DNA of 63,210 nucleotides, filler included, from an uncultured Methanospirillum sp. (GTDB taxonomy: Archaea; Halobacteriota; Methanomicrobia; Methanomicrobiales; Methanospirillaceae), in assembly GCA_964637135.1 (NCBI GenBank). It is 3 parts of 3 records of this genome, joined end to end, with 100 filler letters (N's around TTAATTAATTAA, not from the genome) between each part and the next. Parts side by side here need not be neighbours in the genome. Positions count along the whole stretch, not along the records: positions 28,012 to 53,255 come from CAZWTX010000036.1; 2 more parts are not named here. One strand, given 5' to 3'. Of this stretch, positions 31,741 to 41,218 are shown in pieces (positions within the stretch are counted from its first letter, which is position 1; each line of letters starts with the position of its first letter). Both the position numbers and the translations under genes were made by a program. The notes under the pieces are model-generated. The model had not been told where the DNA came from. It searched no databases and saw only the letters and a list, made by a program, of their open reading frames with translations.

Positions 31741-32412
31741 TCATATATCCGTTTGATCCGGCATCCCACCGGATTTTCGCCGCGAAAGCAGTTGTTTACT
31801 CCTCTTCCGCCTGAATAAATCTTCACGTTCCCGTTCTTCGAGATGCATCTCGATGTACCGGCCGGTTTTCTGTAACCGGGGAATGATGATATGTTCAAGG
31901 GCATTCACTCTTCTCCGTGTCGAGGCAATCTCCTGAGTGAGAAGACGAAGGATCCCCTGTGCTTCTGCAACCCTGACAAGAAGGGAGAGCATTACCCTGA
32001 ACCTGACAGTTGCATCATCGATCTGACCCGATACCCCGGAATAACTGTACCCGGGGAGATCTCCCCGGCCAAGATCCAGCGATGAGACAGATGGGACATG
32101 AATACCCATGACCTGGCGGGTTTCCATCATGATATCAGGAATTTCAGGAGCAGTCCAGCTGATCTCCTCGATGAGACGGTATCCGCTTCCGCGTATTGCA
32201 TGAAAAAGGGAGAAGTATGCCGATGCAGCGGTCTCCCGGATATCAGCAGAAAGTATCTCCAGGTTTTTTTCCACCCTCATCTGCTCGAGTAGCATTGCAT
32301 CAAGCTTCTCTTCCAGGAGATCATGCCCTTTCCGTGCAAGCATCTCCCGTTTCTTTACCCTGAGCAGTTCCACCCGGGTCGGCCTGATGCCGCCGGACCC
32401 TTCTCCCGCCAT
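31741..32412 (-). CDS. atpD: A1AO ATP synthase subunit D
   Basis: RPTRVEL, KGHDLLEEK, TRRRVNALEH, LEEREREDLFR. Confidence 0.95.
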   Translation of the reverse strand: MAGEGSGGIRPTRVELLRVKKREMLARKGHDLLEEKLDAMLLEQMRVEKNLEILSADIRETAASAYFSLFHAIRGSGYRLIEEISWTAPEIPDIMMETRQVMGIHVPSVSSLDLGRGDLPGYSYSGVSGQIDDATVRFRVMLSLLVRVAEAQGILRLLTQEIASTRRRVNALEHIIIPRLQKTGRYIEMHLEEREREDLFRRKRSKQLLSRRKSGGMPDQTDI

Positions 32413-33803
32413 TACTGCTCCTGATGTGGCCGGTAATACTCTGCCAGGAAGGCAGGATCTATCCGTTTCAGTTCTTCGGGTGGAAGAAGGCCAAGCAGAT
32501 CCCAGGCACGGGTAAGGGTGTCTTCAAAGGATCTGTCTTCATCCTGTCTCTGACGGATAAACAGGTCTTCATATTGGTTGCAGAACAAAAGATACTGTCG
32601 ATCCACCAGCGACAGGCTCTCTTCTCCCATGACCGCAACAAGGCTCTTAAGCCGGGATCCCCGTGCATATGCCGTATAGAGCTGATTCTTGACATCTGCA
32701 TGATCGGCACGGGTCCGCCCTTCACCGATCCCTCCCTGCATGAGCCGTGAGAGGCAGGGCAGCACATCTACCGGGGGATATATCCCCTTTCGATGGAGGT
32801 CACGTGAGAGAACGATCTGTCCTTCCGTAATGTACCCGGTGAGATCAGGGATTGGATGAGTGATATCATCATCCGGCATGGTCAGAATTGGGATCTGGGT
32901 GATGGAACCGGGTTTCCCTGCGATCCGTCCGGCCCGCTCGTACAGGTTAGCAAGATCGGTATAGATATAACCGGGATATCCCCGTCTTCCGGGAACTTCC
33001 TCTCGTGCTGCCGCAATCTCGCGGAGAGATTCGCAGTAATTAGTCATGTCAGTGAGAATAACAAGGACATGCATCCCTTTTTCAAACGCAAGATATTCGG
33101 CGGTAGTCAGGGCGAGCCGGGGGGTGATAATACGCTCGATTGCCGGATCCTCAGCAAGATTCAGGAAAAGAACCGCCCGTTCAAGGGCACCGGTCTCCTG
33201 GAAATCACGGATGTAGTACGATGACTCCTCATACGTGATCCCCATGGCAACGAAGATGACTGCGAATGCTTCATCCTGGCCGGTTACCCGGGCCTGCCGG
33301 GCAATCTGTGCAGCAAGCTGGTTGTGCGGAAGGCCGGCACCGCTGAATATCGGCAGTTTCTGGCCCCGTACAAGGGTGTTCATGCCGTCGATCGCAGAAA
33401 TCCCGGTCTGGATAGAATCGCGGGGATGCTGTCGTGCCGATGGATTAATCGGTGATCCATTGATATCCCTGATCTCATCAGGAATAACCTCCCCTCCTCC
33501 ATCAAGCGGTTCCCCGAGTCCGTTAAATATCCGGCCAAGCATCTCCCCTGAAAGACGAATCGACATCGTCTCCCCGGTAAACCTTACACTGGTGATATCT
33601 GTGTCAAGATCGCTGGTTCCGCCGAAGACCTGGACAACGGCACGACTGCTCCATGACTCAAGTACCTGGCCGAGCCGGGTCTCGCCGGAAGGAAGGGTCA
33701 CCCTGGCAACCTCCCCGTAGGCAATTCCTTCCACTCCGTCAACTACGATGATTGGTCCGGCCACCCGGGTAACCGATGAATAGATTCGCGATGAACCGGT
33801 CAT
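32412..33803 (-). CDS. atpB: A1AO ATP synthase subunit B
   Basis: [33 protein letters not shown]. Confidence 0.96.
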   Translation of the reverse strand: MTGSSRIYSSVTRVAGPIIVVDGVEGIAYGEVARVTLPSGETRLGQVLESWSSRAVVQVFGGTSDLDTDITSVRFTGETMSIRLSGEMLGRIFNGLGEPLDGGGEVIPDEIRDINGSPINPSARQHPRDSIQTGISAIDGMNTLVRGQKLPIFSGAGLPHNQLAAQIARQARVTGQDEAFAVIFVAMGITYEESSYYIRDFQETGALERAVLFLNLAEDPAIERIITPRLALTTAEYLAFEKGMHVLVILTDMTNYCESLREIAAAREEVPGRRGYPGYIYTDLANLYERAGRIAGKPGSITQIPILTMPDDDITHPIPDLTGYITEGQIVLSRDLHRKGIYPPVDVLPCLSRLMQGGIGEGRTRADHADVKNQLYTAYARGSRLKSLVAVMGEESLSLVDRQYLLFCNQYEDLFIRQRQDEDRSFEDTLTRAWDLLGLLPPEELKRIDPAFLAEYYRPHQEQ

Positions 33804-35563
33804 GATCCTCCTCCTGTAGATGTCCAGTCACGTGTCGCCTCTTCAAACGCCCAGAACATCGCCTCTTCATCGGCAGGAGCAGCAGCACCCAGCCGGTAAA
33901 AGGTGCTGATCATCGGTAGACCGCGTATCTTTGCAACGGTCATCCCTTTTTCCACTGCTTCTTCAGCTGCACGGAAAAACCTGAAGAGGAGTGTGAGCAT
34001 CCGGTACTGCTTCCCGGGGGAGGTATACGTGTCTACCGGGTGAAAGGCAAACTGGCGAAGGTACCCTTCGCGAATCATTTCTGCTTCGAGGAGAACCATT
34101 CGATCCGATTCAGGAAGGGTTTCCGGACCCACGATGCGAATGATCTCCTCAAGTTCACTCTCTTTCTGAAGGATGTCGAGCATTTTTCCTTTCAGTTCTT
34201 TCATATCAGGGCCGATATGTTCCTCCCACCATGTTCCGGCGGCTTCATTATACAGCGAATAGGACATCAGCCAGTTGATCGCCGGAAAATGCCGTTCATA
34301 GGCAAGATCTGCGTCCAGTGCCCAGAACACCTTGACAATCCGGAGGGTGTTCTGGGTAACCGGTTCAGAAAAATCCCCTCCCGGGGGAGAGACCGCTCCG
34401 ATGATCGAGATGGAACCATGCCGATCACTGTCACCAATCAGCCGTGCCCTTCCGGCCCGTTCATAGAAATTCGCCAGCCGCGAGCCAAGGTATGCAGGAT
34501 AGCCTTCTTCTCCGGGCATCTCCTCGAGACGGCCGGATATCTCCCTCATTGCCTCAGCCCACCGCGAGGTTGAATCAGCCATCAGTGCCACGTCATATCC
34601 CATGTCCCGGTAATATTCAGCAATGGTTATTCCGGTATAGATGGATGCTTCACGAGCGGCAACCGGCATATTGCTCGTGTTGGCAATGAGGATCATCCGG
34701 TTGATAAGCGGTTGTCCGGTCCTCGGATCCATAATAGCAGGGTACTGGCTGAGTACATCGGCCATCTCATTACCCCGCTCTCCACATCCGATATACACGA
34801 TGATATCTGCATCTACCCATTTTGCAAGCTGCTGCTGGACAACGGTCTTCCCAGAGCCGAAGGGGCCCGGTATCGCAGCAGTTCCCCCCTTACAGAGGGG
34901 AAACAGGGTGTCGATAACACGCTGTCCGGTAACAAGAAGCGAGACCGGGTCCTCCCGTTCATGGATCGGCCGGGCCTGCCTGACCGGCCACCGCTGCATC
35001 ATGGTAAGCCCGGTGGTTTTTTCACCACTCCTGATTACCGCGATCTCATCCGTTACCGTGTATTCACCAGGGGAGACAATGGAACTGAGTTCCCCGTGAA
35101 CTCCGGGGGGAACCATGATCCGGTGCCGGAAGAAGGGTCCCTCGGTGATCTCACCGATCGTATCGCCTGCACTCATCACGGTTCCCGGTGTTGCAATGGG
35201 AGTAAAGGCCCAGGTCTTTTCCCGGTTCAGCGAAGGGAGATCGATTCCACGGGGAATGGCATCTCCTTCCTGGTTCCTGATGACCTCAAGAGGACGCTGG
35301 ATTCCATCATAGATCATCCCGAGAAGGCCGGGCCCGAGCTCCACGAAGAGCGGCAGACCGGTTGTCTCCACCGGCTGACCTGGATAGATGCCGGTCGTCT
35401 CCTCATACACCTGTATTGTTGCAATGTCCCCGTTGAGGGCAATTATCTCGCCGATCAGGCGCTCTTCACCGACCCGTACTGACTCGTACATCCGGCTTCC
35501 CTTCATTCCGGATGCTTCCACTACCGGGCCGACAATGCGGATGATGATTCCTTCACGTGTCAT
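33800..35563 (-). CDS. atpA: A1AO ATP synthase subunit A
   Basis: [40 protein letters not shown]. Confidence 0.96.
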   Translation of the reverse strand: MTREGIIIRIVGPVVEASGMKGSRMYESVRVGEERLIGEIIALNGDIATIQVYEETTGIYPGQPVETTGLPLFVELGPGLLGMIYDGIQRPLEVIRNQEGDAIPRGIDLPSLNREKTWAFTPIATPGTVMSAGDTIGEITEGPFFRHRIMVPPGVHGELSSIVSPGEYTVTDEIAVIRSGEKTTGLTMMQRWPVRQARPIHEREDPVSLLVTGQRVIDTLFPLCKGGTAAIPGPFGSGKTVVQQQLAKWVDADIIVYIGCGERGNEMADVLSQYPAIMDPRTGQPLINRMILIANTSNMPVAAREASIYTGITIAEYYRDMGYDVALMADSTSRWAEAMREISGRLEEMPGEEGYPAYLGSRLANFYERAGRARLIGDSDRHGSISIIGAVSPPGGDFSEPVTQNTLRIVKVFWALDADLAYERHFPAINWLMSYSLYNEAAGTWWEEHIGPDMKELKGKMLDILQKESELEEIIRIVGPETLPESDRMVLLEAEMIREGYLRQFAFHPVDTYTSPGKQYRMLTLLFRFFRAAEEAVEKGMTVAKIRGLPMISTFYRLGAAAPADEEAMFWAFEEATRDWTSTGGGS

Positions 35564-35886
35564 ATCCTCACCTTACATTCCTGTCCGCTCTCAAGATCCG
35601 GCCTTGATCCGCCTGCACCAGGAGATGGACCTCCCATCCAGCCGGGCACTATCACTACGATCGGGTATGGTTGTTTTCTCATGCTCACCATCCTCATCTC
35701 ACCCGGGATTTCTCGGGCAATATTCTCTTCAATGAGAATAATCCCGATGGAATCGTCAATTATTAAAGACCTAAGAACATCGGCAGCCTCTTCCCGGGAG
35801 GAGACCACCCTCTCTTCATTTACTCCTGCAAGACTGAAACCTAGAGTCAGTTCCCTGCCGGCGATTACTGCTACCTTCATCCTCAC
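35560..35886 (-). CDS. atpF: A1AO ATP synthase subunit F
   Basis: KVAVIA...GFSLAGV, IGIILI, YPIVVIVP. Confidence 0.88.
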   Translation of the reverse strand: MRMKVAVIAGRELTLGFSLAGVNEERVVSSREEAADVLRSLIIDDSIGIILIEENIAREIPGEMRMVSMRKQPYPIVVIVPGWMGGPSPGAGGSRPDLESGQECKVRI

Positions 35887-37085
35887 TCTCCCATAACAAC
35901 CAGATCAGGTCTGATTACGGTCCTGTCCAGTCCCAGGGCAAGACCGGTGAGAATCACCCTGATATTGTTCAATTCCATCCCTTTTCCGATACAGTATTCA
36001 ATCAGCGGTCCGCCGGTATGGTAATACACCACCGATATCCGGTTCAGTTCATGGAGCATGTACCGGTCAGTGGCGATATCCAGACGGTGAAATGCATCAG
36101 GGCCGGGGTACCGTTCCATAAAGGGGACGAGAATCCCGTCATACCTGGTCCCTGATACCTGCGCAACCAGATCCGGAACACTCAAAATCTCGTTTAACTG
36201 GAGAAGACGCCACATCGGGAATTCATGACCTCCTTCAAGAAGCCATGACACAGATATGCCGGGATCACATCCGGTATGCTTTGCCCGGATAAGAGTGGTC
36301 ATATTCTGAATATCAACGGCAATACTGACGATTTCACGATACGGCACTGCAAGCGGTGATGCAACCTGCATGACTGCACCATTCAGCCGGGTGTACCCGG
36401 CATGATCAAGGGCCAGTTCAAGGGGAAGAGTAGTATTCTGATCATGGTATGCCGGGAGTTCACCGGCCAGGGCTGATGACCAGGCCGTCCCCTGGAGGAG
36501 AGAGACCAGTTCATCGATACTGCTGCATTCAGCAAAACGCCTGACCATATCAGGAGTAATCCATCCCACGGCCCTGATATCGGCCCTCATCCGTCCGGAG
36601 GAAATCCTTCCGTGTATCATCCTGAGCGCCCGCTTGATCTCCCGAATCTCAAGAAGGGAGAGATAGGCGGCAAAGAAAACGACGACATCGGCAGGGGCAG
36701 TCCGGGCGAGGATCTCAGCTTCTCGAAGGAATATCCCCTCACAGTCATGTTCAATCTGTGAACTGGATCCCTCACCGGAGAGATCAACGGGGTACCCGGC
36801 TGACTGGACTCTCGAAAGGGCGTCACGGTACACCGGTGATTCAAGGAGATCGGATACCGGGGATGACTGCAGGTAGGGTACTCCAATTGCTTTCACCCTC
36901 GCCACCGGGTATGCATACATCGCAACAGACATGAGGATAGTAAAATATGCGGTCATACTCAACAGGGCAAGAAAGAAAAAGACCATGCCTATAACAATCA
37001 CGCCGATGATGATCCCGGAGAGTGAAGGATCAAGACCTGCAGCCATTCCCATAAGGGAGGAGAGATCATCCCCTGCCACCGTCAT
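35883..37085 (-). CDS. atpC: A1AO ATP synthase subunit C with N-terminal hydrophobic helix
   Basis: YAYPVARVKA, DIQNMTTLIRAK, ELNNIRVI; position between E and F. Confidence 0.88.
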   Translation of the reverse strand: MTVAGDDLSSLMGMAAGLDPSLSGIIIGVIVIGMVFFFLALLSMTAYFTILMSVAMYAYPVARVKAIGVPYLQSSPVSDLLESPVYRDALSRVQSAGYPVDLSGEGSSSQIEHDCEGIFLREAEILARTAPADVVVFFAAYLSLLEIREIKRALRMIHGRISSGRMRADIRAVGWITPDMVRRFAECSSIDELVSLLQGTAWSSALAGELPAYHDQNTTLPLELALDHAGYTRLNGAVMQVASPLAVPYREIVSIAVDIQNMTTLIRAKHTGCDPGISVSWLLEGGHEFPMWRLLQLNEILSVPDLVAQVSGTRYDGILVPFMERYPGPDAFHRLDIATDRYMLHELNRISVVYYHTGGPLIEYCIGKGMELNNIRVILTGLALGLDRTVIRPDLVVMGE

Positions 37086-37677
37086 CCTCCCTGAACAGGA
37101 TCCCGGCAATCAGGATCGTCAAATCCTTTTGAAAACGTTCAATCCGGGCTTCAAATGTATTGTCTACATGGAGGACACCGGCCACGTTCCTGACAATAAC
37201 ACCACCTGCAGTGGTCACCGGCTTATCAGAGAGCGTAATTGTTTTTCCTGGATCCATCTTCCCGATACGTTCCCTGATGAGGTCATGATCCCTCGGATCC
37301 CCCTCAACAACGAGATCGCCGTCTCCGATCTCCCTGCCTGCCTCCTCGATAAGCCGGCAGAGGATATCAGGGTATGACGGGTCATGGCGTAGCCCTGAGA
37401 GTACCTCTTTCGTGCGGGCAAGGGTTTCGGATATCAGGTCTTCCCTGACCTCCCTGATGAGCGAACGAGCCTCAATCCGTGATCGTGATAGTTCCCTGGC
37501 TTCTTCAGACCGGAGCGAACGTTCAGCATCCCGGATTATCTGCTGGTATGCTGCCTGACCTGCCTCTTCTGCCTCCATCCGTATCGTCCAGAGGGTAAGA
37601 TCAAGATCCTCGGCTATCCTGGAGAGTTCACGCCCGTTCTCTTCACTGATCCGACTGAGAATTTTTTCGAGCGTCAT
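37066..37677 (-). CDS. atpE: A1AO ATP synthase subunit E
   Basis: MTLEKILSRI coiled coil, GGVIV...VDNTFEARI. Confidence 0.92.
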   Translation of the reverse strand: MTLEKILSRISEENGRELSRIAEDLDLTLWTIRMEAEEAGQAAYQQIIRDAERSLRSEEARELSRSRIEARSLIREVREDLISETLARTKEVLSGLRHDPSYPDILCRLIEEAGREIGDGDLVVEGDPRDHDLIRERIGKMDPGKTITLSDKPVTTAGGVIVRNVAGVLHVDNTFEARIERFQKDLTILIAGILFREDDGGRG

Positions 37678-37688
37678 GTATCACCTGG

Positions 37689-38417
37689 TTACATACTGAA
37701 AAGACCGAGACCAAACATGATCAGAATCGCAACGAGAAGACCAAATATTGCAAAAGTCTCAGACATCGCTGCAAAGACAAGGCTTCTGCCAGTGGCGTCA
37801 GGGTTCCTGGCAGATGCCGCAATACCTCCTGCACAGGTAATTCCCTGCCCAATAGCTGAAAACCCGGAGAGACCGGTTGCAAGTCCGGCACCGATCAGCC
37901 CAATCGCTACCGGGAGTGTGACTGAAAAATCTCCGGAAAGAATCCCGGTTAGGGCCAGCATCAGAATGGCAATCAGAAGTCCGTATATCGCCTGAGTTTC
38001 ACACACCGCCGAAAAAATAACCCCTTTCCCAAAAAGGTCCGGATTTTCAGCCGTGTTAGATACTCCTGAAGCTGCTGCGATTCCCTGCCCGATGGCAGAA
38101 AGACCGGCGAGACCGACTGAAAGACCGGCAGCTACTGCCACCAGACCGGATGCAACCGGAACATCATGGACGCCCCCTCCGAGAAAACCACCAGCCTGGA
38201 GGATGAGAATTGCCACGAGCAATCCGTAAATCGCCTGAGTCTGTGGAATTGCCGTGAATACCAGGGCCATTCCAAACTTTTCCTGCCGCTCACTACAGAC
38301 TCCAGCCGCAGCAGCTCCTGTAATACCCACACCGATACCTGATCCGATAGCAGATGCCCCGACTGCGAGACCTGCACCGATTGCCATGATAACTGCACCC
38401 GTACTGAGTTCCATCAT
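37689..38417 (-). CDS. atpK: A1AO ATP synthase proteolipid c/K, triplicated (three hairpins)
   Basis: Three repeats: PQTQAIYGL, CETQAIYGL, SETFAIFGL; 242 aa. Confidence 0.93.
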   Translation of the reverse strand: MMELSTGAVIMAIGAGLAVGASAIGSGIGVGITGAAAAGVCSERQEKFGMALVFTAIPQTQAIYGLLVAILILQAGGFLGGGVHDVPVASGLVAVAAGLSVGLAGLSAIGQGIAAASGVSNTAENPDLFGKGVIFSAVCETQAIYGLLIAILMLALTGILSGDFSVTLPVAIGLIGAGLATGLSGFSAIGQGITCAGGIAASARNPDATGRSLVFAAMSETFAIFGLLVAILIMFGLGLFSM

Positions 38418-40387
38418 CTTTCATCACCTACATACGTCACGATCCGATCTGCACAGAACGGAATGAATGCCCGTCCGCCCCCGCTGTAAAACCGCCCGAA
38501 AAATTCGATATAATGAAGTCGTATTGCATGAATTACGCTCCCGAGAGTCTGGATTGCCAGGTTGAATGTTTGTCCGCCGATGAAAACGAGTACCGCCGGA
38601 ATGAGCATCCACGGGTGAATTGACGCCACCATCCCGGCAAGGATATTTATGGTCATCGCGATACCCCCCGTTGCAAGCGCAAGTGCCAGTATGCGGACAT
38701 AGGAGAGCCAGTCTCCAAGAAAACCCGTCAGGCTGAAGAAACCCATCGGCCCCTTGTTCCAGAAGATGATCCCAATCCCGATGAGCAGTCCGATGCCGGC
38801 TAGAGCCCGGACCACTCCGGGAAAGACTGCCCAGTTGAAAAAACCGGCTATAAGAACTGCTGCTGCAAGCTGGATGAGAAACCAGACCGCTTCCTCCTGC
38901 AATGCCTGGCGAACCTCTCTCTTTCGGATATGCTGGTAGAACGCGATACAGATGCCCAGGTTGATGTGAAGGGTTCCGATCACGAGAGAGAGGAGAAAGA
39001 ATGCTATAGGGGTCTCAAGGGGTTCAATAAGAACAAATGGTGGACTGAATCCAAACACCCGTGGCAGGAGATCCCCAAACCATCCTCCCTGCAGCGTGCC
39101 GCAGATGACATCCACGATGCCGCAGCCGGCAAGGACATAACTCATATCCCGTACCTCCCGGCTCCTCGAACCTGCACCCCGGTAGAGCAGAATCGCGATG
39201 ATGGTGATGATGATGCCATACGCTGCATCCCCGAGCATCAGCCCGAAGAAGAGGAGAAAAGCAGGTGCCAAAAACGGGGTCGGATCCACTTCTGTATACC
39301 GGGGACGGGAGAACATGGTGGTAAGAAATTCAAAGGGACGTAACCAGGGGGGATTGTCATATTCAACCGGAACGCTCTCATCCTGACAGGGAGGTTGCGA
39401 GAGAACTGATACCACTCCGGCCGTGAGATCAGTACATGTCTTTTCCAGGTGAGGGATATCACGTTCCCTGCACCAGCCTGAAATCACCACAGTACTTCGT
39501 GTTATCCCGAGTCTGCGACCAATCTCATGACGTTTCCGGAGATTGCCGAGCTCTTCTGAAACGGCTCTGAAGGGTACGAGAAGTGACTTGTGCATCTCAT
39601 TGATCTGCTCGTCTATCCAGGTGAGACGGGATTGAAATTCTCCAATATGACGAGTTTTTTCAGCGATACATTCGCCCGGGAACCCCTCGAGATCAGGAAT
39701 GGTGAGGAGGTGCACACCGGCAGCCCTGAGTATCTCCCTCGCACGGTCTATGTCAGGATTCAGCACTGCGACAAGAAGAACAGTCTTATTTCCGGATACC
39801 GCAAAATCAAGGGTCCATCCGATGATTCCTGACGATTCAAATGAATACTCGATCCCTGCCGGATCATGGTCTGAGATGAGACCGAAAAAGAAAGAACAGA
39901 ACCGTGAGTGAACCAGATAATGAAGGTTTATCCTGAACGGTTCAAGATACCGCAGGATTGAACATGTTTCCCGTCCTTCCTCAATCTGATCCTGGATCTT
40001 TTTCTTCTCTTCTGCCAGCTCAATGAGCGGGAAACCAGAGGTGACCAGATCTTCAGCCTTGGAAAGGAGAGGCTCATCTGCTCCCGTATGTGCCGCCATC
40101 CGGACGGGATCCGGTTCTCTTCTGAACAGGGAGAACAGGGAACCGGGCTTCGGAGACAAATCATCCAGAATATCGATGAGCCGGTCTATCTCCATCTGGA
40201 GATGAACGATCCGTTCTATGTGGCATTGAACCGGATCCAGCAGGTTCAGCAGTGAATTCAGGTCTGGTTTCTCCCTGACATCAGATATTTCCAGTATTCC
40301 CGACTCCTGCAGGGACCGGAGCAGAACTGGTTCATAATCATGATGCGTGATGATATGCACCCGCTTCATCCTGACCGGGTAGAACAT
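38414..40387 (-). CDS. atpI: A1AO ATP synthase subunit I/a
   Basis: EVDPTP, GLMLGDAAYG, LSYVRILALAL, HAIRLHYIEFF. Confidence 0.95.
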   Translation of the reverse strand: MFYPVRMKRVHIITHHDYEPVLLRSLQESGILEISDVREKPDLNSLLNLLDPVQCHIERIVHLQMEIDRLIDILDDLSPKPGSLFSLFRREPDPVRMAAHTGADEPLLSKAEDLVTSGFPLIELAEEKKKIQDQIEEGRETCSILRYLEPFRINLHYLVHSRFCSFFFGLISDHDPAGIEYSFESSGIIGWTLDFAVSGNKTVLLVAVLNPDIDRAREILRAAGVHLLTIPDLEGFPGECIAEKTRHIGEFQSRLTWIDEQINEMHKSLLVPFRAVSEELGNLRKRHEIGRRLGITRSTVVISGWCRERDIPHLEKTCTDLTAGVVSVLSQPPCQDESVPVEYDNPPWLRPFEFLTTMFSRPRYTEVDPTPFLAPAFLLFFGLMLGDAAYGIIITIIAILLYRGAGSRSREVRDMSYVLAGCGIVDVICGTLQGGWFGDLLPRVFGFSPPFVLIEPLETPIAFFLLSLVIGTLHINLGICIAFYQHIRKREVRQALQEEAVWFLIQLAAAVLIAGFFNWAVFPGVVRALAGIGLLIGIGIIFWNKGPMGFFSLTGFLGDWLSYVRILALALATGGIAMTINILAGMVASIHPWMLIPAVLVFIGGQTFNLAIQTLGSVIHAIRLHYIEFFGRFYSGGGRAFIPFCADRIVTYVGDER

Positions 40388-40704
40388 TACTGTCCTCCGG
40401 TCACCAGATCAAGGGCAGCCTGTACTGCATCCGGTATCCGTTCCGTTCCTGATATCCGGATCTGATCCCGATCTCTGAATGCTGATTCGTGGATGCGTCG
40501 TACTGTTTCTTCACGTTCTCCAAGAGAGCGGGTAATCATCTCAGAAACCCTTTTCTCTGCTTCCTCCCTTCGGGTCTGAACATATACCCCGGCATCTCTG
40601 TGTGCCTGCTGGATGCTCCGGTCAGCTTCTGCTCTTGCGGTTGAAATTCTGGATTCACCCTCCTTTTCTGCGAGCAGAATTCGTTCAATGGCACCGGTTA
40701 CCAT
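40387..40704 (-). CDS. atpH: A1AO ATP synthase subunit H/G
   Basis: Charged coiled coil, first gene of the operon. Start ATG 40704. Confidence 0.8.
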   Translation of the reverse strand: MVTGAIERILLAEKEGESRISTARAEADRSIQQAHRDAGVYVQTRREEAEKRVSEMITRSLGEREETVRRIHESAFRDRDQIRISGTERIPDAVQAALDLVTGGQ

Positions 40705-41086
40705 GATGACCGCCTGATATAGAGATCGCACCCGGCCCATTAAAACCCATTCTATCAGGGATCGGAGTAATGAAGCATACCTGCCATCTCCTCATCGATA
40801 CGACCGGGGGCCAGGGCTCCAAACCATTCTTCTGAGAGAGCCAGAACCAGTACCACGAGCATGGATTGAGAGTAGTCGTTCCCATGAGAGTCTGATCAGG
40901 TCCACCACGATCTCTTCTCCCGGGCAGCACGTTTCGGCGCTTTTCCAATTCGTACTGAAAAGATCACATATGAGCAGTAATACACTTAAACCTGTTCTTC
41001 ATATTCTCAACCCACGAAAAATTTCCCTCTTTTTCAGCAGAATATATCAGCAGGATAGAGATCAGGATACACGCAAACCAGTAACA

Positions 41087-41104
41087 TTATAAAGAGATCT
41101 TTAT
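41087..41104 (+). promoter_or_regulatory. candidate ech TATA box overlapped by the inverted repeat ATAAAGA-GA-TCTTTAT
   Basis: TTATAAA at 41087-41093; perfect 7-bp arms at 41089-41095 and 41098-41104. Confidence 0.45.
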
Positions 41105-41218
41105 CAGGAAAATTTCTTCCTCCGACAAACAAATAATAAGTAGTACCTCGCTCACGGCTGATACTTCTCTCGTCACGGATTGATAATGATAAATAATGAT
41201 AGATTAAACATAGAATAA

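Noticed and set aside
40685..40948. 87-aa ORF upstream of atpH
   Set aside because: TTG start, atypical Trp/Pro-rich composition, no recognisable family; probably leader sequence.
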